Shown here: piece by piece, positions 6,745-11,131 of the stretch
Layout of the letters: each line of letters begins with the position of its first letter
Position numbering within the stretch: position 1 is the stretch's first letter
From: Candidatus Asgardarchaeum abyssi
GTDB taxonomy: Archaea > Asgardarchaeota > Asgardarchaeia > Asgardarchaeales > Asgardarchaeaceae
DNA length: 11,131 nucleotides
NCBI GenBank assembly: GCA_040225955.1
Contig: JBECUL010000064.1
Span: forward strand, 1-11,131
Reading direction: 5' to 3'
Notes under the pieces: generated by a model
The model's input: the letters and a program-made list of their open reading frames with translations, nothing else
Told to the model about the DNA's origin: nothing
Databases searched by the model: none
Program-made: the position numbers and the translations under genes

Positions 6745-7962
6745 TTATTCATAGCGTATAGCAACAACAGGATCTAATTTTGCAGCTCGCCATGACGGAT
6801 AAAATCCAGCAATAGCGCTAAGGACTATAGATAGTGAAAATGCCTCAATGAAATGTTCAGACAAGAATAGTGGTTGTATATATTTTGCAGCTTCATGTAC
6901 AATTATGAGCTTGAAAGCATATGCTAGACCGATTCCAGTGACTATACCAAGAGCACCACCTACAATTCCTATGATTAGAGCTTCATTAAGAAACAGTATT
7001 AGAATATGAATCTCTTTGAATCCTATAGCCTTTAACACCCCGATCTCTCTGACCCTTTCAAGCACCGAGGTCCATAGTGTAGTAATTATGCCAACAGCTG
7101 CAACAAGCAATGAAACTGCCGCTATATTATCTATGAAGAATGTTATAGCATCTTCAATTTTGATAATAACATCAATTATTGCTTTAGGAGATATTATATT
7201 GACGTTATACTTTTCACGGATTTTCTCCATAATATATTCGTTATAGGATGGATCTTTTGTAATAACATAAACTCCATCGTATCGTCCGTCTCTTTCAAAG
7301 AAATCTTCAGCAACTCTTAGGGATATAAATGCCATCTGATCCACAGGAACTATACCGCTGCCTATGTAATCTATAATTCCACGAACAACGAAACTTTTCT
7401 TGTATTGTATAGTCTCTCCTCTTACATTTTTAGAAAATTGTATTCTAACTGTTTGTCCTACGACTGCAAATGGATTTTCAGGATCACTGCCATATGCAAG
7501 TTCATGACCTAAAATTATACCTGTACTATCTGATTCTGAAACAAGATTACCTTCTTTGAGTTTGAATGTTGGGTAGATTAGGTGAAGTTTATCTTGCTCT
7601 ATTCCCATAACAACTATCGATTGGGTTTTTCCTCTAGAACTGATTATAGCAATTTGTTGATAAAAAGGAACTACATCGTAGACTCCATCAATTTTTTTAA
7701 CATCATCGACAAATAAGTCGTCTAATGGTTCATCTGAGCTACGTGGGTTAATTATAAGTAAATTAGCCCCTATATTTTCAAATTGACTATTGATGTATGC
7801 TACTGTTCCAGTGCTAATACCATTAACAGCAACCAATAGACTAGTTCCTATAGTAACCATTAGAATTGTTAGTCCAGCTCTCATTTTTCTCTCTGTTAGC
7901 GCTTCAACTGATAGTTTCAGAAGCTCCATATACTTTCCGATCCATTCCATTAAGATCACCAT
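6745..7962 (-). CDS. ABC transporter permease, MacB/FtsX/LolE family
   Basis: RKMRAGLTILMVTIG first TM, large extracytoplasmic domain, ERVREIGVLKAIG, and C-terminal YPSWRAAKLDPVVAIRYE. ATG 7950, preceded by GGTGA, is an alternative start. Confidence 0.92.
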   Translation of the reverse strand: MVILMEWIGKYMELLKLSVEALTERKMRAGLTILMVTIGTSLLVAVNGISTGTVAYINSQFENIGANLLIINPRSSDEPLDDLFVDDVKKIDGVYDVVPFYQQIAIISSRGKTQSIVVMGIEQDKLHLIYPTFKLKEGNLVSESDSTGIILGHELAYGSDPENPFAVVGQTVRIQFSKNVRGETIQYKKSFVVRGIIDYIGSGIVPVDQMAFISLRVAEDFFERDGRYDGVYVITKDPSYNEYIMEKIREKYNVNIISPKAIIDVIIKIEDAITFFIDNIAAVSLLVAAVGIITTLWTSVLERVREIGVLKAIGFKEIHILILFLNEALIIGIVGGALGIVTGIGLAYAFKLIIVHEAAKYIQPLFLSEHFIEAFSLSIVLSAIAGFYPSWRAAKLDPVVAIRYE

Positions 7963-7966
7963 AATA

Positions 7967-9592
7967 TTAAATTAAACTTGATGATTCTAATTGTTTCAAC
8001 TTCTTTTTACTATAAACAATAGCGAATACGATGACTGCTATGCCACCTATAATTACAGTCCATCCACCTCTATATAATACTTCATAGAGATCTATAGTGG
8101 TTGATTGTGTTTCATTCTCAGTATTTGTTACTTTTAATACTGTAAGGAGAAAAGTAACGTTTAATGAGTACCCATTGAACAAATCATCTTCATAGTAGAT
8201 TTTAATTAAGATCGGGTAAGTTCCATTGTTTACGTCACTTTTAACATAAGCATATACTGTAAATGGAACTGGAGAGTTTGCATCAACGTCACCAATATAA
8301 GTAACACTTTCAGGGGTTAGCTCAAGAATATCATTTGATATTATTGAAACATTTGTAAAGATTGCACCTATGTTACCCTTATTTAGTATAGTTGCGCTAA
8401 AAGCTACTTTCTCTCCAGGTTTTACAGGAGTTGGAATTACTGATTTTTCGTAGACAACAATTCTAATGTATCCACGAGTGACTAATCCTACACTATATGT
8501 TTCAGTGTACTCATTTCCGTAATCGTCTGAGTAACTTAGTCCTATTTGCGTTGGAAAGGTATTTCCATATGCGCCAAATGGAACATAAACTGATACTGTA
8601 ACCACAATAATATCATCAGGGGTAATGTTATAAAATGTCCATGAATTATTTCCATATATAACTAGTGGATTTGGAACAGTGTAACTCACATCAACCCGAC
8701 CATGCCATATATTATTTGAAATTGTAAAATTGATCGTATTCACAAGACCAACAGTTACATATTGGTTACTAACTTTAACCGTTGTTTTAACTTCTCTCAT
8801 AACGTTAATAGCCCATGTCCACGAAGTTGTTAAATTCCCATCTGATGCTCTGAACTCTAAGGTGTGAGAGCCCACATCTTCTTCTAACGCGGTATATATG
8901 TATGTAGTACTATTTTCTAATACCAAATCGCCATCAAAATACCATTCATAGTTCAGAGTATCATTATCTGGATCTTTGCATTTATTTACTGTAAAGTTGA
9001 CTGTTTCACCAATAAGCACATCAACAGTTCCTGAAGTAGGGTTTACAGAATAAATTACAGGTGCTCTATTGTAGATTCGTATTGGAATTAAATAGACCCT
9101 TGGTTCACCTGCAACAAAAACATTACCTACAGACACAAAGTATGTTAAAGTTAAATTATAATAATAAACACCCTTTGTTGCATTCGGATCAATATTCAAA
9201 TTAAAAGTCAATGTAAAGGAACCCATTTCAAGAATATCACCAGTTTGATTTAACACATTTCCTTGTTCAACTGGTTGAGCTGTAGCCTCGGCGGTGTAGC
9301 TTTCTGTAACGTAATCCTTAAATGGATAACTTAGATTTAATGTACCACGGACCCCTCTCAGTGTGTTATTTGATAGGTTTCTTACAAATATTGTGAGGGG
9401 AACATTGGTATCTCCTGGTGATACAGAAATTGGATAATTTTGTGGTGTACCCCATACTACGTTTTCAATTTCAAAGTCAACTGGAGGAATGGCCGCTTTT
9501 ACATGAACTTTCATATTAGTCATTAGTAATGATGTACTAAATAATGTTAGTATCAAAAATAATAGAAATAGAGAGCTAATTGTTCTTCTCAT
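7967..9592 (-). CDS. COG1361-like S-layer/Ig-fold surface glycoprotein with PKD-like domain
   Basis: Signal peptide, repeated beta-rich modules (VSPGD..LTIFVRN, PVKPGEKV..TILNKGN, GTYPILIKIYYED), NRAPVI...DPDNDTLNYEWYFDG PKD/Ig module, many N-x-S/T sequons, and a C-terminal TM followed by a KKKLK tail. Overlaps the ATPase stop. Confidence 0.8.
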   Translation of the reverse strand: MRRTISSLFLLFLILTLFSTSLLMTNMKVHVKAAIPPVDFEIENVVWGTPQNYPISVSPGDTNVPLTIFVRNLSNNTLRGVRGTLNLSYPFKDYVTESYTAEATAQPVEQGNVLNQTGDILEMGSFTLTFNLNIDPNATKGVYYYNLTLTYFVSVGNVFVAGEPRVYLIPIRIYNRAPVIYSVNPTSGTVDVLIGETVNFTVNKCKDPDNDTLNYEWYFDGDLVLENSTTYIYTALEEDVGSHTLEFRASDGNLTTSWTWAINVMREVKTTVKVSNQYVTVGLVNTINFTISNNIWHGRVDVSYTVPNPLVIYGNNSWTFYNITPDDIIVVTVSVYVPFGAYGNTFPTQIGLSYSDDYGNEYTETYSVGLVTRGYIRIVVYEKSVIPTPVKPGEKVAFSATILNKGNIGAIFTNVSIISNDILELTPESVTYIGDVDANSPVPFTVYAYVKSDVNNGTYPILIKIYYEDDLFNGYSLNVTFLLTVLKVTNTENETQSTTIDLYEVLYRGGWTVIIGGIAVIVFAIVYSKKKLKQLESSSLI

Positions 9593-10799
9593 ATTTTTCC
9601 CTCCTTATGATTTCCTCACCAATTATCATTCCATCTTTAATATGAACTATCCTATCAGCCATCTCACCAACTTCACGATCATGAGTAACGACTATTACTG
9701 TTGTACCGAACTTCTCATTCATCATTCTCAAGTAACTCATTACTTCACGCCCAGAAACAGAGTCAAGGTTTCCAGTAGGCTCGTCAGCAAGTATTATCTG
9801 CGGTGAATTTATTAATGCTCTAGCAATAGCCACTCTTTGTTGTTGCCCACCACTTAGATGCTTTGGCCTTCTATTATGAAGGCCTTCCAATCCGAGAGCT
9901 TTCAGCAATTCTAATGCTCTCTTCATTCTCTCTCTTTTAGGCATTCCTTTTATAATTGCTGGTAATTCGATATTTCTAATAACCTTTGAGCGATTGATTA
10001 AGTTAAAATTTTGAAATATAAACCCTATCTTCTCATTTCGAAATTTTGCCAGTTGATCATTATTTAAAGTACTTATGTCAATTCCATCGATAATTACTTT
10101 ACCTTCCGTAGGCTTATCTAAGGCACCAATTAAGTTTAATAAGGTAGATTTGCCTGATCCAGAAGGCCCCATTATTGCAATGAATTCACCTCTACGAACC
10201 TTTAGGTTCGCTCCCCTTAAAGCATGAACTTTTATCTCACCAACTTTGTAAACTTTGTGAACATTGATTATTTCAACTGAGTGCTCACTGTTTGATATAT
10301 AGTTTAGATTATCATTGAATTTGAGGTTCTCTATTCTTTTGATCTGTATATTCCAAGAAATTGTTTTTAATGAAAGAAAGACACCTAAAAGACTTATTAC
10401 AGATATCAAGAGAGCATGAAAAACGGTTAAAATAAGCACATCAGGCATTACAAATATCACGTATAGAAAAATTAAACTCATCAAAAACTCGACGCAACAT
10501 GCTATTAGCAATAAATGAGATAAGAAGTTATTCTTTATGTACAAACCCAAAGCACCAATAAGAAATAATGATATTGTAATTGTGCTGACACACAGTGATA
10601 CTGGTTGAGAAATAATGCTTGTTGCCCATATAAGATTGCCAGTAGTTGCTAATATTTCAATTAGAGTTAAAAAGAATGCGATAGTTAGTAATATGTTTTT
10701 TTGAAACTTATCACTTAGCATTTCCTGAGTTTTAACTCTGTGTATTGCTGGTTCTAATCCACCGCGAATTTCTAGTGAATTTGGCATTGTACTCACCAT
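9576..10799 (-). CDS. ABC transporter ATP-binding protein (LolD/MacB type) with fused N-terminal ~4-TM domain
   Basis: Walker A GPSGSGKST, signature LSGGQQQR, Walker B IILADE, H-loop VTHD. Start is uncertain: 10799 or 10721 is preferred over 10859, which lies within the promoter palindrome. Confidence 0.88.
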   Translation of the reverse strand: MVSTMPNSLEIRGGLEPAIHRVKTQEMLSDKFQKNILLTIAFFLTLIEILATTGNLIWATSIISQPVSLCVSTITISLFLIGALGLYIKNNFLSHLLLIACCVEFLMSLIFLYVIFVMPDVLILTVFHALLISVISLLGVFLSLKTISWNIQIKRIENLKFNDNLNYISNSEHSVEIINVHKVYKVGEIKVHALRGANLKVRRGEFIAIMGPSGSGKSTLLNLIGALDKPTEGKVIIDGIDISTLNNDQLAKFRNEKIGFIFQNFNLINRSKVIRNIELPAIIKGMPKRERMKRALELLKALGLEGLHNRRPKHLSGGQQQRVAIARALINSPQIILADEPTGNLDSVSGREVMSYLRMMNEKFGTTVIVVTHDREVGEMADRIVHIKDGMIIGEEIIRREKYEKNN

Positions 10800-10868
10800 T
10801 TTGTGCATTAATGCATATCTATGAATATATTCAATATTGGGTTTATAAATTTTGTGCATTAATGCACA
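10798..10868 (-). promoter_or_regulatory. ABC operon promoter: TATA box between two palindromic operator-like sites
   Basis: TGTGCATTAATGCACA (10853-10868, perfect 16-bp palindrome) and TGTGCATTAATGCATA (10802-10817) flank TTTATAAA (10842-10849). Confidence 0.7.
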
Positions 10869-10933
10869 TTTATAATAAAAAACGTTAATATTAATACCAA
10901 TAGCTATTTAACTATATAGCTATCTTCATAAAA

Positions 10934-11131
10934 CAGTACTTCCGCATTAATTAGGTGAAAAATCCGTATTGGCTGCGAAAAAATTATTTTTTCCGCCGCA
11001 CTCCTTTTTGTCGGTGATAAATAAAATGATAGAAATAGAATACACAACCATAGTTGCGTATTTGATTGGATTCGCCCTCGGATGGGCATTCCACTCGGCA
11101 AGGAGTGCAGCCACACCGCAGCCAATACGGA
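10934..11131 (-). mobile_element. MITE-like non-coding repeat, right copy (inverted relative to left copy; outer end cut by window edge)
   Basis: Starts CAGTACTTCCGCATTAATTAGGTGAAAAATCCGTATTGGCTGCG. Reverse complement of 1-195 with a 3-nt length difference. Confidence 0.75.

Noticed and set aside
2429-7975. Plus-strand ORFs (2429, 2640, 2798, 5129, 6036, 6516, 7016, 7790)
   Set aside because: Antisense shadows of well-supported minus-strand genes.
10798-10868. Mini CRISPR array
   Set aside because: Only two 18-bp palindromic units, no cas genes, and they straddle a TATA box, so operator sites explain them better.
1-11131. Linear plasmid or virus with terminal inverted repeats
   Set aside because: No replication, capsid or terminal-protein genes. 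The cargo is chromosomal-type and the element-like termini face inward.

Overview
AT-rich, archaeal-looking window (TATA/BRE promoters, GGTGA-type ribosome-binding sites, Thermococcales-like enzymes, an HTH-V4R regulator, an S-layer-type protein; an Asgard or other thermophilic lineage is only a guess). All credible genes lie on the minus strand: a LolD/MacB-type ABC cassette (ATPase with a fused membrane domain, COG1361-like surface protein, permease), an HTH-V4R regulator, malic enzyme, a 5'-truncated B12/radical SAM remnant, glyoxylate reductase, a frameshifted M23-like gene and a small membrane hydrolase-like gene. Both window ends are inverted, near-identical copies of a ~195-198 bp non-coding, self-complementary MITE-like repeat ending in CAGTAC. 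The best novelty candidate is an unannotated ~190-nt GC-rich structured RNA gene on the plus strand (~1050-1243) with its own BRE/TATA promoter and K-loop and box C/D-like motifs. It matches no RNA family I can recognise. Twin 16-bp palindromic operators flank the ABC operon promoter.
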